Assembly: GCA_965200355.1 (NCBI GenBank) | Contig: OZ241351.1 | Span: 44,896-108,895 of the forward strand | From: an uncultured Candidatus Binatia bacterium | GTDB taxonomy: Bacteria > Desulfobacterota > Binatia > Bin18 | Reading direction: 5' to 3' | Length of the DNA: 64,000 bases | In this document: positions 28,915 to 39,248 of the stretch, piece by piece | Position numbering within the stretch: position 1 is the stretch's first letter | How the letters are laid out: every line of letters begins with the position of its first letter | Position numbers and translations under genes: made by a program | The notes under the pieces: generated by a model | Seen by the model: only the letters and a program-made list of their open reading frames with translations | The model's database searches: none | What the model was told of the DNA's origin: nothing

Positions 28915-29955
28915 CTAGGCACTCTTCTGAAAATGCGGCATGACTTCTTTGGCAAAGAAGCGCATGGCCCGGACCGTTTTGGCGTGCGCCACCCCAGGGA
29001 ACTGCATCCAGCATATCAGATAGTCCATGCCGAGTTCGTGCTGGTATTTCTCAATCTCTCGAATGCAATGGTCCGGGTCGCCGATAATGAAACGCTCCCG
29101 GTGGGTGTCAAAGGTCACGCTGGCCGGGTCCTTGACCAACGCGCCCGTATCGTCTTTGAGCGGCCGGACGTTGGCCCATTTGCCGTACATCCCGGCGTGC
29201 AGATACATGATTCCGGCCCGGGCCTCTTCCTCGGCTCGGGCCGTAGTCTCGGCAACATACACTTCGCGGATGACTGGTGTGGCGCTGGCCGTCTTATTGA
29301 ATCGCTGGAGCTGCTGCCGATACAGCCGATAATGCTCCTTCAATTCGTTGATATGATGTCGTGGGGACGCCACGAGGGCCGAGCCCCATTGGGCCGCCCG
29401 CCGCACTCCGCCGCGAGTGGAGGCCCCAATCCAGATGGGTGGGTGCGGCTTTTGGACGGGCTTGGGGGTAATGGACAGGTCGTCCACGTGGTAGTACTGG
29501 CCCGCAAACGAGAAGCGCTCCGTCGTCCAGCCCCGAATCATCAGATCGAGCTGTTCTTCCATACGCGGCTCACGCCCCGAACGCGGCTCTTGATAGGCGG
29601 CGAACTCCTCCGGTCGATAGCCAGTCGCAACGCCAAGGATAAACCGTCCCGCGGCGATATTATCGAGCACCGCCACATCCTCGGCGGTCTGGACCGGCCG
29701 ATGCAGCGGCAGGAGGTACATGCTTGTCCCAATGGTGAGCCGCGAGGTCCGGGCAGCCATAGCGGCGGCTGTCACCAATAGTGATGGGCAGATCCCGTCG
29801 GCCAGAAAATGGTGCTCAACCAGCCAGGCCGATTCAAACCCAATCTCTTCGGCAATGACCGTCTGGTCCAACATCTCACGATAGAGTTGCTCATGCGTCT
29901 GGCCGGAGCCTGGCCGCAGCTGCATAGAGAACGGACCAATCCCAAATCGCATCAT
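28915..29955 (-). CDS. LLM class flavin-dependent oxidoreductase
   Basis: GFESAWLVEHHF, GRFILGVATGY, PKPVQKPHPPIWIG. Confidence 0.92.
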   Translation of the reverse strand: MMRFGIGPFSMQLRPGSGQTHEQLYREMLDQTVIAEEIGFESAWLVEHHFLADGICPSLLVTAAAMAARTSRLTIGTSMYLLPLHRPVQTAEDVAVLDNIAAGRFILGVATGYRPEEFAAYQEPRSGREPRMEEQLDLMIRGWTTERFSFAGQYYHVDDLSITPKPVQKPHPPIWIGASTRGGVRRAAQWGSALVASPRHHINELKEHYRLYRQQLQRFNKTASATPVIREVYVAETTARAEEEARAGIMYLHAGMYGKWANVRPLKDDTGALVKDPASVTFDTHRERFIIGDPDHCIREIEKYQHELGMDYLICWMQFPGVAHAKTVRAMRFFAKEVMPHFQKSA

Positions 29956-29975
29956 ACGCTGTCCTCCTTGGGGTA

Positions 29976-30018
29976 TGACAACCGGCCAGATTATTCTCCT
30001 CTGACAACCGGCTGTCAA
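29976..30018 (-). promoter_or_regulatory. Candidate sigma-70 promoter with repeated operator between divergent LLM genes
   Basis: TTGACA-N17-AATAAT (30018-29990, minus strand); direct repeat TGACAACCGGC at 29976-29986 and 30002-30012; TGACA-N6-TGTCA palindrome. Confidence 0.55.
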
Positions 30019-30167
30019 CGTTTGGAGAGACGCGCGGAGACAGCCGGCCGATAACTGGCAAGGCCGGGGCACTCTTTATCATGAGGGGCGCTTCCAGTAC
30101 ATTATGCACAGCATCATTCAACCACCGTCCTGTAAAATCTCTCGGCTGTATTGGAAAGGAGAGACTC

Positions 30168-31148
30168 GTGTACGACCCCAAGTTTGGCTTACTTCTCCCT
30201 GCGGATGACATTGCCGCGGCCATGCAGGCAGCTTTACGAGCGGAAAGCGACGGCTTTTACTCGGTGTCGATGGTCGATCACTTCTTCACCCCGCTCGGAG
30301 AACCGCACACACCTCAGTTGGAGTGCTATACGACGCTCACGGCTATCGCCGCGGTGACCGAGCGCATCCGTCTCGCCCCGTGTGTGACGGCCGTCTCGTT
30401 TCGCCCGCCTCCAATGCTGGCCAAAATAGCGTCTACCCTCGACAACATCAGCAACGGGCGTCTGACGCTCGGATTAGGCGCGGGCTGGAAGCCGGACGAA
30501 TACCAGGCGCATGGCTACCCCTATCTCTCGAATCGAGGGCGCTTGGATCAACTCGCCGAGGCTATTCAGGTGCTCAAAGCCATGTTCACCCAAGAGGCAC
30601 CGAGCTTTGAGGGCACCCATTTTTCGATTCACAACGCCTACAACCATCCCCGTCCCATCCAAAAACCTCATCCCCCGCTGATGCTGGGCGGCTCGGGCAG
30701 CGGTCTGCTCAAGATCGCCGCCGCGGAAGCGGATATCCTGAATATCATCCCGCCGATCTTTAATGGCAAGGATTATCCGAACGATCCGGCTATGACCTTG
30801 AAGTTCGACACCCCGTATTTGAAAAAACGGCTGGAGATGCTGCGCCGTTTTATGGAAGAATGCGGACGCGACCCACAGGCGATAGAGCTGGGTTCTTTAC
30901 TGATCCTCCACCTGACCCGAGACCCCGCCGACGCGGCGCTGGCCCAAACCGCGACCTTTCTCAGCTTCCCCGACACCGACACGGCGCTCCGCTCCCCCCT
31001 GACCTTGATGGGGACGCCAGACCAAGTTAAACGAGAAATCCACACCCGCATTGAGGACATGGGCCTCACCTACACGATTGTTATTCCGGTCTCCCCCGAG
31101 TCTCAGGAATTGTTTGTGCATGAGGTCATGCCTGAGTTTGTCGCGTGA
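30168..31148 (+). CDS. LLM class oxidoreductase (possibly F420-dependent)
   Basis: SMVDHF, LDNISNGRLTLGLGAGW, PIQKPHPPLMLGG; GTG start after AAGGAG. Confidence 0.9.
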   Translation: MYDPKFGLLLPADDIAAAMQAALRAESDGFYSVSMVDHFFTPLGEPHTPQLECYTTLTAIAAVTERIRLAPCVTAVSFRPPPMLAKIASTLDNISNGRLTLGLGAGWKPDEYQAHGYPYLSNRGRLDQLAEAIQVLKAMFTQEAPSFEGTHFSIHNAYNHPRPIQKPHPPLMLGGSGSGLLKIAAAEADILNIIPPIFNGKDYPNDPAMTLKFDTPYLKKRLEMLRRFMEECGRDPQAIELGSLLILHLTRDPADAALAQTATFLSFPDTDTALRSPLTLMGTPDQVKREIHTRIEDMGLTYTIVIPVSPESQELFVHEVMPEFVA

Positions 31149-31181
31149 CGGGACCGCCCTGGTCGGAATTGGAGAAAAACC

Positions 31182-31982
31182 GTGAGCGACATCAAGCAAT
31201 CCATACATGACCAATTCGGTCGGGCAGCCGCCCGGTATAAAACCAGCCAGGTCCATGCCACGGGCGAGGATTTGGTGCGGATTGCCAAGCTGGCACAACA
31301 GCACAATGCCCCATCCGCCCTGGATGCCGGCTGTGGAGCCGGCCATGCCTCAGTGGCCATCGCGCCGTATAGTCGCCGGGTCGTCGCCCTTGACCTGACC
31401 CCTCACATGCTGGAGCAGGTCAATCAGTTGGCCGCCGAACGCGGCTTCTCTCATATCGAAACGCGCCAGGGCGATGTCGAACAGATTCCGTTCGCCGACA
31501 GCAGCTTTGACTTGGTGGTCTCCCGCTATAGCGCCCATCATTGGCCGCACCCCCTGACCGCACTCCAGGAGTGCCAGCGCGTGCTGAAGCCGGGCGGACG
31601 GTTTATCCTGAGCGATATTATTGCCCCTGAAGCGCCGGCACACGACACCTTTTTACAGGCGTTTGAACTCCTGCGTGACGCCTCGCACGTCCGAGACCAT
31701 ACGCTTGCGCAGTGGCAGGCCATGTTTGCACGAAGTGGGTTTCAGCCCCGCGTTGTCTTCACCTGGCGTCTGCCGCTGGACTTTCAGGCTTGGACGGCAC
31801 GGATGGCGACTCCGCCGGCAAGAGTCGCCATGGTCCAACATTTGTACGATACCGCGCCCGAGGAAATCCGAACGGCTTTCGCTATTCAAGACAATTACGA
31901 TTTTGCCCTGTACGGAGCCTTATTTGAGGCGGTCCGTCAGCCCGACTCGCTTAAAAACCGTATTCGAGAAACTCACACATAA
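31182..31982 (+). CDS. Class I SAM-dependent methyltransferase
   Basis: LDAGCGAGH, GDVEQIPFADSSFD, SAHHW, RVLKPGG. Confidence 0.92.
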   Translation: MSDIKQSIHDQFGRAAARYKTSQVHATGEDLVRIAKLAQQHNAPSALDAGCGAGHASVAIAPYSRRVVALDLTPHMLEQVNQLAAERGFSHIETRQGDVEQIPFADSSFDLVVSRYSAHHWPHPLTALQECQRVLKPGGRFILSDIIAPEAPAHDTFLQAFELLRDASHVRDHTLAQWQAMFARSGFQPRVVFTWRLPLDFQAWTARMATPPARVAMVQHLYDTAPEEIRTAFAIQDNYDFALYGALFEAVRQPDSLKNRIRETHT

Positions 31983-31993
31983 GGAGGAACGAG

Positions 31994-32707
31994 ATGAGGG
32001 CAGAGAGTTTGGAATATCAAGATGGGGAGGTCATGCTGAAGGGATTTGTGGCGCTCGATGACCAGAGCGACCACAAGCGACCCGGTATTCTGGTCATGCC
32101 CGAGGCGTTTGGATTGGGCAAGCAGGCCAAGGACCGGGCCCTGCGGCTGGCCGCGCTCGGCTACGCTGCGCTGGCCGGCGACCCCTATGGCAACGGCCTT
32201 GAGGTCAGTGACCTGCAAGACGCGATTACCCATGCGGGAGCCCTGCGTGAGGATACCACCACGTTTCGCCAACGCATACGCGCCGGACTCGACGCGCTGC
32301 GGGCGCTGCCACAGGTTGACACCGACCGGCTGGCGGTCATGGGCTATTGTATGGGCGGGACCTGTTCGCTGGAGATGGCGCGGGATGGCGCGCCGCTCAG
32401 GGGTGTCGTCTCATTCCACGGAGCCCTGGAAACCCAGAGTCCGGCAGAGCCGGACACGGTCCGGGCCAAGGTCCTGGTATGCCACGGTGCGGATGACCCC
32501 TTTGTTCCGGTCGAACAGGTCAATGCCTTTGAAGAGGAAATGCGACAGGCCGGGGTTGACTGGCAGGTCATCAGCTATGGCGGCACGGTGCATAGCTTTA
32601 CGAACCCGGAGGCCGACGGTTCCATAGCCGGCATTTGCTATAATAAACAAGCAGATGAGCGCTCGTGGCAGGCGATGAAGACCTTCTTTGACGAGATTTT
32701 CGCGTAA
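31994..32707 (+). CDS. Dienelactone hydrolase family protein
   Basis: GYCMGG nucleophile, HGADD, HSFTNP. Confidence 0.92.
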   Translation: MRAESLEYQDGEVMLKGFVALDDQSDHKRPGILVMPEAFGLGKQAKDRALRLAALGYAALAGDPYGNGLEVSDLQDAITHAGALREDTTTFRQRIRAGLDALRALPQVDTDRLAVMGYCMGGTCSLEMARDGAPLRGVVSFHGALETQSPAEPDTVRAKVLVCHGADDPFVPVEQVNAFEEEMRQAGVDWQVISYGGTVHSFTNPEADGSIAGICYNKQADERSWQAMKTFFDEIFA

Positions 32708-32797
32708 CCGCGCTACCAACGGGGGGGCGGGCTGACCCGCCCTTCTCTCTTGGTCAGCCTGACGAAACGGCTCGGGGCTGTTGCCAGACAGCCTCCG

Positions 32798-34027
32798 TCA
32801 TATCCGCTCGATAATCGTGGCAATGCCCATGCCGCCCCCAATGCACATCGTGACCAGCCCGATAGTTTTATCCTGACGTTCGAGTTCGTCAAGAACGGTG
32901 CCCATGAGCATACTGCCGGTTGCGCCGAGGGGATGGCCGAGGGCAATCGCTCCACCGTTGACATTGACCGTGTCCGGGTCCATGTCACAGTCGCGCATGG
33001 TTTTCAGCGGGACGACCGCGAATGCCTCGTTGATCTCAACCAAGTCAACATCCTTGATCGTCATACCGGCTTTTTTGAGCACCTTTTTGGTCGCCGGCAC
33101 CGGCGCGGTCAACATGATAATGGGCTCATCCCCCGCGGTTGCGGTCGCGACAATCCGCGCGCGCGGCTGCATACCATGACTGCGCGCATACTCTGGAGAG
33201 GCGAGCAGCAAGGCACCCGCCCCGTCAACAATGCCCGACGAATTGCCGGCGTGATGCACATGGTGAATCTCTGGCACGTCTGTGTAGCGTGACAGCGCCT
33301 TTTGGTCGAAACTCAGCGTGTCACCCTTTTGCACATACTTGCCCAATTCTGCAAAGGATGGCGGCAGTTGACGCAACCCCTCAAGCGTGGTGTGTGGCCG
33401 CGGATATTCATCCTGTTCCAGCACCACCGTCCCGTCAGCATCGCGCACCGGAATCAGGCTCTTTTTCAGGCGGCCCTCTGCATGGGCCTGGGCGTAGCGC
33501 TGCTGGCTCGACAGCGCGAATCTATCGCAATCTTCGCGGCTGAAACCCTCTCGGGTGGCAATCAGATCGCCTGAAATACCTTGCTGGACAAGCGGATGGA
33601 GTTGGCGCAAATGCCGATTATGGCCGTCTATCCCCCCACGGTCGGCATTCATCGGCACGCGGGACATGGACTCCACCCCACCAGCAACCACCACCTCCTG
33701 CTCGCCAGACTTGATACCCATAGCCGCAAAGTTGACGGCCTGCTGTCCCGAACCACAGAAACGGTTAATCGTCACTCCCGTCGAATCGTTCGGCCACTCC
33801 GCGGCCAGCACCGACATCCGGGCGATGCACATCGCCTGTTCCCCATACGCCGTCACGCAGCCAACTACCACGTCGTCAACATCGCACGGGTCCAGGTGGG
33901 TGCGGTCTTGGGTGGCCTTCAGGACTTGGGCCATGAGTTCCTGGGGATGGAGTCCAGCCAGCGCCCCATCTTTCTTGCCCCGTCCGCGCGGGGTGCGAAC
34001 GGCATCAATAATCCAGGCTTCACCCAT
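32798..34027 (-). CDS. Acetyl-CoA C-acetyltransferase (thiolase)
   Basis: [35 protein letters not shown]. Confidence 0.95.
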   Translation of the reverse strand: MGEAWIIDAVRTPRGRGKKDGALAGLHPQELMAQVLKATQDRTHLDPCDVDDVVVGCVTAYGEQAMCIARMSVLAAEWPNDSTGVTINRFCGSGQQAVNFAAMGIKSGEQEVVVAGGVESMSRVPMNADRGGIDGHNRHLRQLHPLVQQGISGDLIATREGFSREDCDRFALSSQQRYAQAHAEGRLKKSLIPVRDADGTVVLEQDEYPRPHTTLEGLRQLPPSFAELGKYVQKGDTLSFDQKALSRYTDVPEIHHVHHAGNSSGIVDGAGALLLASPEYARSHGMQPRARIVATATAGDEPIIMLTAPVPATKKVLKKAGMTIKDVDLVEINEAFAVVPLKTMRDCDMDPDTVNVNGGAIALGHPLGATGSMLMGTVLDELERQDKTIGLVTMCIGGGMGIATIIERI

Positions 34028-34102
34028 TGCTTCCTCCCTTGTTTCCTGTCGGTTCGTTCAGCGGGGCGAGACGGCGCTACGGACCCTGTGGTCGCGGCCG
34101 GC

Positions 34103-34756
34103 TCAGTGGGGCGAGATCGCCATTGCCATCATTACCGACCGCTCAATTTCGGCGATCACGCTGCCGACTTCGTGACCGATCAGGTCCATTTTGCGGATCT
34201 GCCCAATACGCGAGGCGGCGCGTTCAATTTCCCTGGTAGAGAAGATATCACGCAGCAGGCCACAGGCATCGACCAGACAGATAATAGCAACATCCCTGGG
34301 ATCGGGAATATCGTTGGACAGCAAGACATCCGAGATCCGCAGTCGGACCTCGCGCTCGATGCGTCCGTCAATGGTCGGATAGCGCCGGGCACGGAAGACC
34401 CACAGAAATCGCTTGTCCTGGGATTCCAGAATGCCGTGCTCAATCAGGCGCGCCAACGCCTGCTGCCGGATTTCGGTCGTATCCTGGCCGGCCAGCGTCT
34501 CTATCCAGCCCCTGGTATCCTTGGTCTCGCCGGCCTTCGCAATCCGCGCCAGCGCCTGGTCAAGAATCGGGTTTCCGGTCGGCGTTGCGTCGAGACAGGT
34601 GAGACGCTCAAGGTCGGTATCGACACGGTTGGCAAACGCCAAGTCCATCAGCACCGCGCCGGCGAGGATGTATTCCACTGCGCCGCCCCGGGTTGGCAGA
34701 AACGAGCCATCGTCATCCAGTATGAACAGCAGGATTTCTTCGGCAAAGGTCAGCAT
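34103..34756 (-). CDS. GPP34/GOLPH3/Vps74 family protein
   Basis: LTFAEEILLFILDD, LAGAVLMDLA, LIEHGILE..FLWVF..RYP. Confidence 0.8.
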   Translation of the reverse strand: MLTFAEEILLFILDDDGSFLPTRGGAVEYILAGAVLMDLAFANRVDTDLERLTCLDATPTGNPILDQALARIAKAGETKDTRGWIETLAGQDTTEIRQQALARLIEHGILESQDKRFLWVFRARRYPTIDGRIEREVRLRISDVLLSNDIPDPRDVAIICLVDACGLLRDIFSTREIERAASRIGQIRKMDLIGHEVGSVIAEIERSVMMAMAISPH

Positions 34757-34765
34757 GGCGCGTCC

Positions 34766-35101
34766 CTAGGACAGAGCCGCCAGAGCGCTCTCACGGGTAT
34801 CGTGGTAGTCGAGCATGGTCAGGAAGCCGCTGACCTCCATGACGGATTTGCAGGTCGCCCGCAGGGTGCAGAGCGTCAGCTTGCCGCCCCCTTGTTGGCA
34901 TTTTTTGGCGCCCACCAGCACGACCCGCAGACCAGCACTACTGATGTAATCCATCTTGCCGCAATCGAGCAGTATCTGGGTATTCCCACGTTCAACCACG
35001 CCCGACAGACACTTTTCCAGGTCCGGTGCAGTGGAACCGTCGACCCGCCCATCCAGGGAGACGACAACAACAGAGTCTACCGTTTGTTCTTCAATTTTCA
35101 T
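34766..35101 (-). CDS. STAS domain anti-sigma factor antagonist
   Basis: LDGRVD, DYISSAGLRV phosphoacceptor motif, EVSGF. Confidence 0.9.
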   Translation of the reverse strand: MKIEEQTVDSVVVVSLDGRVDGSTAPDLEKCLSGVVERGNTQILLDCGKMDYISSAGLRVVLVGAKKCQQGGGKLTLCTLRATCKSVMEVSGFLTMLDYHDTRESALAALS

Positions 35102-35286
35102 GGGGCAGCCTTTCCCTTCTCCGTTCCCTTGTGCTCTTCCGCATAGCCTATTCAAACGCTAGAGGCCAGGGCAGAGTATAGCACAGGGACCAGTGAGGCG
35201 GCAACCCGTTTTCTGACTACCAGCGCCGCCCGCCCCGCACCCTTGGCGAGGCGGCCCATTGCTGGCAGAATGCCCTGAAGTATCGA

Positions 35287-35312
35287 GGGCGGGCACAGGG
35301 GCCGGCCCCTAC
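35287..35312 (-). repeat. GTAG-type REP element
   Basis: Reverse complement GTAGGGGCCGGCCCCTGTGCCCGCCC matches the copies at 3929 and 28881. Confidence 0.7.
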
Positions 35313-35337
35313 AAGGCAATCGAACGGGGAGACACGT

Positions 35338-36558
35338 ATGGACAACGGAATTCTATCAGGCCTGCGAGTGATCGACTGCGGAACCTATGTTGCCGGGCCG
35401 GCCTCGACAACCATCATGTCGGATTTCGGCGCCGAGGTGTTGAAGATTGAGCGGCCGCAGGGCGGCGACCTGTACCGCGCCATGTCGGATTTACCCGGAT
35501 TTGCGCAGGCCGACCTCAACTGGGGCTGGATTCTGACCAGCCGAAACAAGAAGAGCGTCGCTCTCGACCTGGCCTCGCCCCAAGGCAGGGAAATCCTCAT
35601 GCGGCTGGTCAAGACCGCGGACGTGTTTGTCACCAACTACCAGCATCCGCTGCTCGAAAAGTTCCGGCTGACCTGGGCTGACCTTCAGCCACAAAACGCG
35701 CGGCTCATCTATGCCCATCTGAGCGGTTACGGAGATGCCGGCGAGGATGCCGACGCCCCCACATTTGACGCCCTGGCCTATTGGGCGCGCTCGGGCCTGA
35801 TGATGAGCGTCGTCGGCATGGACGGCACGCCGGGCGGCCCGCGGCCGGGTATGGGCGACCACCCGACCTCGGTGTCCCTGTTCAGCGCGATTATGCTCGG
35901 CCTGTATCAGCGCGAGCGCACCGGCCGGGGCTTAAAGGTCGGGACCTCGTTGATGGCCAGCGGGGCCTGGGCCAATGCCTGTGACCTCCAGGCGGCATTC
36001 TGTAACGCCACGTTTCCAGAACGCGGTGCAGACGGCACCCCGCCGAATCCGTTGGCGGCTGGCTATCGGAGTCGTGACGGCCAAGCCTTCCTGGCCGTCC
36101 TGCTTGACCCCGACAAGGAATTTCCCAATCTGTGCAAGGCCCTCGGCCAGGCCGAGCTGGCCACCAACCCCCTGTTTGCCACCAACAAGGCCAGAGGGGA
36201 GAATGCGGCAGCCCTCTTTGCTATTTTACAGGGCCAGTTTGAATCACGGGACCTTGATGAGTGGCGGGGCCTGTTCAAGCAGTCCGACATCAAATGGGCG
36301 CCCTTGCCGGTGCGAGACGCCGTGGTCAAGGACCCGCAGATGCGGGCCGCCGGCGCGTTCGTGGACATGGAGTATCCTGGGCATGGAAAGCTGACGACCA
36401 TCAACAGCCCGATTTTTACAACCGCGGGTGAAAAGCGCACCCCAACCCCGGCCCCGCAGTTGGGCGATCATACCGGCGAAGTACTCCAGGAACTTGGCTA
36501 CACCGCCGAGGAGATCAAGACGCTGGTGCGTGACGGCGTGGCCGCGCTGGGCGAGTGA
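35338..36558 (+). CDS. Family III (CaiB/BaiF) CoA transferase
   Basis: LSGLRVID, FGAEVLKIERP, RNKKSVALDL, APQLGDHT. Confidence 0.92.
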   Translation: MDNGILSGLRVIDCGTYVAGPASTTIMSDFGAEVLKIERPQGGDLYRAMSDLPGFAQADLNWGWILTSRNKKSVALDLASPQGREILMRLVKTADVFVTNYQHPLLEKFRLTWADLQPQNARLIYAHLSGYGDAGEDADAPTFDALAYWARSGLMMSVVGMDGTPGGPRPGMGDHPTSVSLFSAIMLGLYQRERTGRGLKVGTSLMASGAWANACDLQAAFCNATFPERGADGTPPNPLAAGYRSRDGQAFLAVLLDPDKEFPNLCKALGQAELATNPLFATNKARGENAAALFAILQGQFESRDLDEWRGLFKQSDIKWAPLPVRDAVVKDPQMRAAGAFVDMEYPGHGKLTTINSPIFTTAGEKRTPTPAPQLGDHTGEVLQELGYTAEEIKTLVRDGVAALGE

Positions 36559-36622
36559 CTGCGCCCAGCCGGGTCGGAACTTGGTCATAACGGACTGGAC
36601 GGGGGTGTCCGGCCCGCGTGCT

Positions 36623-36753
36623 GGCCCCCTCACCCCAACCCCCTTCGACACGCTCAGGACAGGCTCTCCCTCCAGGGGAATCCTGGGAACGCGGGCATCC
36701 TGCCCGCCTCTTGTCTCTCTCCTCAAGGAGGACCGAAAACCCCCTCCCCCTGA
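36623..36753. repeat. Composite MITE-like repeat, copy 1
   Basis: Aligns end to end with 52176-52317; nested CCCTCACCCCAACC[CCCTTCGACACGCTCAGGACAGG]CTCTCCC.. plus GCGGGCATCCTGCCCGC hairpin. Confidence 0.8.
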
Positions 36754-36779
36754 ATAAACACCCCCGCGGTTGACCCAAC

Positions 36780-37946
36780 CTAATCGCAGGGGTAAGTGTC
36801 GAGGTAGTCAATGATGCGGCCCAGCGCGATTTCGAGCCGTTCACGAGACTGCGCAAAACACAGCCGGAAGTGGGCCTCGTTGCCCGGACCAAAAGTAAAG
36901 CCGGGCGCGAGGCCGACATTTTTTTCGGCCAGCACCCCCTGTACAAACGCCAGACTAGAGCGCAGCCCCCGGACGCGAGGGAAGGCGTAGAAGGCACCGG
37001 CTGGCTCGCTCAGATCAATCCGTGGGTGCGGGGCCAGGAGCCGCATGACCGACTCGCGGCCGGCCCGGTAGCGCGCGCGCAACTCGCGTACAAACGCCTC
37101 TCCCTGGGTCAGGGCTGCGACCCCCGCGCGCTGGACAAAGGGCGGAGCGCCGGTATGAGAGCACTCAGAGAACGCCGCCATCTGCTCCTCATAGCCGGCC
37201 GGCACTACCATCCAGCCGAGTCGCCAGCCGGTCATGGCGAACGCCTTGGAGAAACCATTGACAACGATGAGGGGATCGTCTGGCGTGGCGATGGACAGAA
37301 AAGAGGGAGCCACGTCTCCGGCGAATACGTTACGGTGATAAACCTCGTCGGCGATAATGACGATCCCCCGCTGACGGCAGAAGTCGAGCAAGTCTTACTG
37401 TTCGTTGCGCGGCATGACCCAGCCGGTCGGGTTGCAGGGCGTGTTCAGAAAAAGCGCCTTGGTTGCCGGTCGGGTGGCGGCAAACAGGTCGGCCAGTTCG
37501 AGCCGCCAGCCTGTGGGCTCAATCCGCTGCCGCACGAAGTCAAAGCTCGCACCCGTCATCTGAAACGCGCGGTCAATGTTCGGCCAGTTCGGGCTCACAA
37601 TCAAGGCGTGGTCACCAGGTCCGAGCGTCATCCGGGCCGCCATTGATATGCCCAGCATCGTTGACCCCGGTACAATAATGCGCGCCACGTCAAGGTCAAT
37701 CCCATACAGGCGGTCAAGATAGGTCTTGATTGCCGCCCGCAAGTCTGGCCGCCCGGCAGGATGATTGTAGAAAGTCTGGCCGTCGTCGAGGGCGCTTTTG
37801 GCGGCCTCGCAGATAAAGGCCGGGGTGGGCAGGTCGCCCTCCCCGAACCACAATGGAATGACAGACGGGTCGCCGAGGCGGGGCAGGCCGACCTTGGTGA
37901 TTCCGTTCTGTTGCAGGCTTTCAAATTCGTGGCGCAGCAGGCTCAT
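36780..37946 (-). pseudogene. PLP-dependent aminotransferase class I/II with in-frame TAA
   Basis: NTPCNPTG, ADEVY, FSKAFAMTGWRLG in one frame, interrupted by TAA at 37395-37397. Confidence 0.88.
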
Positions 37947-38149
37947 GCCGGGCGTATCCTTGTGTGTGATGCTAGCAAAGCTGGTTCGGCCAAATGGTAT
38001 ACTCTGGTGGTAGGCTCAGCAACCGCGTGGAATAAAAGGCCGCCCAAGGAACGCCTCTCCACGCTATCCAGCCCACTATCGAAGCGCCTCCCCTCGGCTG
38101 ATAGAATACCCGGCCTGGCATGAAATTGGTTAGGGGAAGGAGAACACAC

Positions 38150-39217
38150 ATGATCGAACCGTATAACGCTGTTGGTTTGGTTCCAACGTTTTGGGGTATC
38201 CGCACCCGGGCGGATATGCAGAAAAATATCGCGCATATCCACAGCCTGACCAAGGCCGCTTTCTGGCTGTCCAATCTTGATATTCCGGTCCGCCTGCTTG
38301 CCATCCCGGAGGGGGCGCTCCAAGGTTTTAACGACGAGGTCCTGGACGTCGATCACACCGAGTTTGCCCAGACCTGCGCGATTGATATCCCCGGCCCGGA
38401 GACCGACCAGCTCGGCGCACTCGCCCGCGAGTACGGAGTCTTCATCATGGCTCAGGCCAAGGCACGGCATGAAGACTGGCCCAAGCTGTTTTTCAATGTC
38501 GGCTTTATTCTCGACCCGGACGGCCAGCTTCTGCTCAAGCACTATAAAATCTCTTCTCTGTTGCCGTGTGAACGTTCGGTGTCGCCCCACGATCTCTTTG
38601 ACTGGTGGATTGAAAAATACGGCCGCAGCCTGGAGGCATTTTGGCCGGTGGCCGATACCGAGATTGGCCGTCTCGGCGTCATGATGGCTATGGAGGGCAA
38701 CTATCCTGAGAACGGCCGGGGGCTGGCGATGAATGGCGTGGAAGTCGTCTACCGGGCCTCCCTGCCCGGTCCGTTCACCCAGAACGATATCTTTGAAATT
38801 TCCAATCGCGCCCGCGCCCTGGAAAATAATCTGTATATTGTGGCCCCCAACATCGGCGGCTACCATCTCTACCCGGACAGCGAGACGCCGATTGACGCCG
38901 GCAGCGGGCAGTCCATGATTGTGGATTACAAGGGAGCCATCGTCGGCAAACAGCGCGACACCAACGGCTCCACCTATGTCCGGGGCGTGATTGACATCGA
39001 AGCCTTACGCCACCACCGGGCCAACGCTCAGGTCACGAATTGGATGAAAGACGTGCGGGCAGAAATGGCCCAGCTCATTTATGAAAAGCCGATCTATCCC
39101 AAGAACCGCTATATCGACACCATCCCCGGCAACCACGCGCAGTACAAAGCGGAGGTCATCGACCAACAGATTGCCCTGATGCAAGCCCGTGATATCTGGA
39201 AAAAACCGGCAAAGTGA
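38150..39217 (+). CDS. Nitrilase/carbon-nitrogen hydrolase superfamily protein, atypical
   Basis: IPEGALQG, FNVGFILDPDG..KHYK, TEIGRLG, RARALENNLYIV, GQSMIVDYKG. Confidence 0.85.
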   Translation: MIEPYNAVGLVPTFWGIRTRADMQKNIAHIHSLTKAAFWLSNLDIPVRLLAIPEGALQGFNDEVLDVDHTEFAQTCAIDIPGPETDQLGALAREYGVFIMAQAKARHEDWPKLFFNVGFILDPDGQLLLKHYKISSLLPCERSVSPHDLFDWWIEKYGRSLEAFWPVADTEIGRLGVMMAMEGNYPENGRGLAMNGVEVVYRASLPGPFTQNDIFEISNRARALENNLYIVAPNIGGYHLYPDSETPIDAGSGQSMIVDYKGAIVGKQRDTNGSTYVRGVIDIEALRHHRANAQVTNWMKDVRAEMAQLIYEKPIYPKNRYIDTIPGNHAQYKAEVIDQQIALMQARDIWKKPAK

Positions 39218-39248
39218 GGGGCTGGGCAGTGGGTGCAGGAGGAGAGAT

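Noticed and set aside
33581-35146. Long antisense ORFs (e.g. 33581-35146, 56370-57809, 53791-55026, 23027-24295, 7276-8337)
   Set aside because: Shadow frames of well-supported genes in high-GC DNA, with no motifs.
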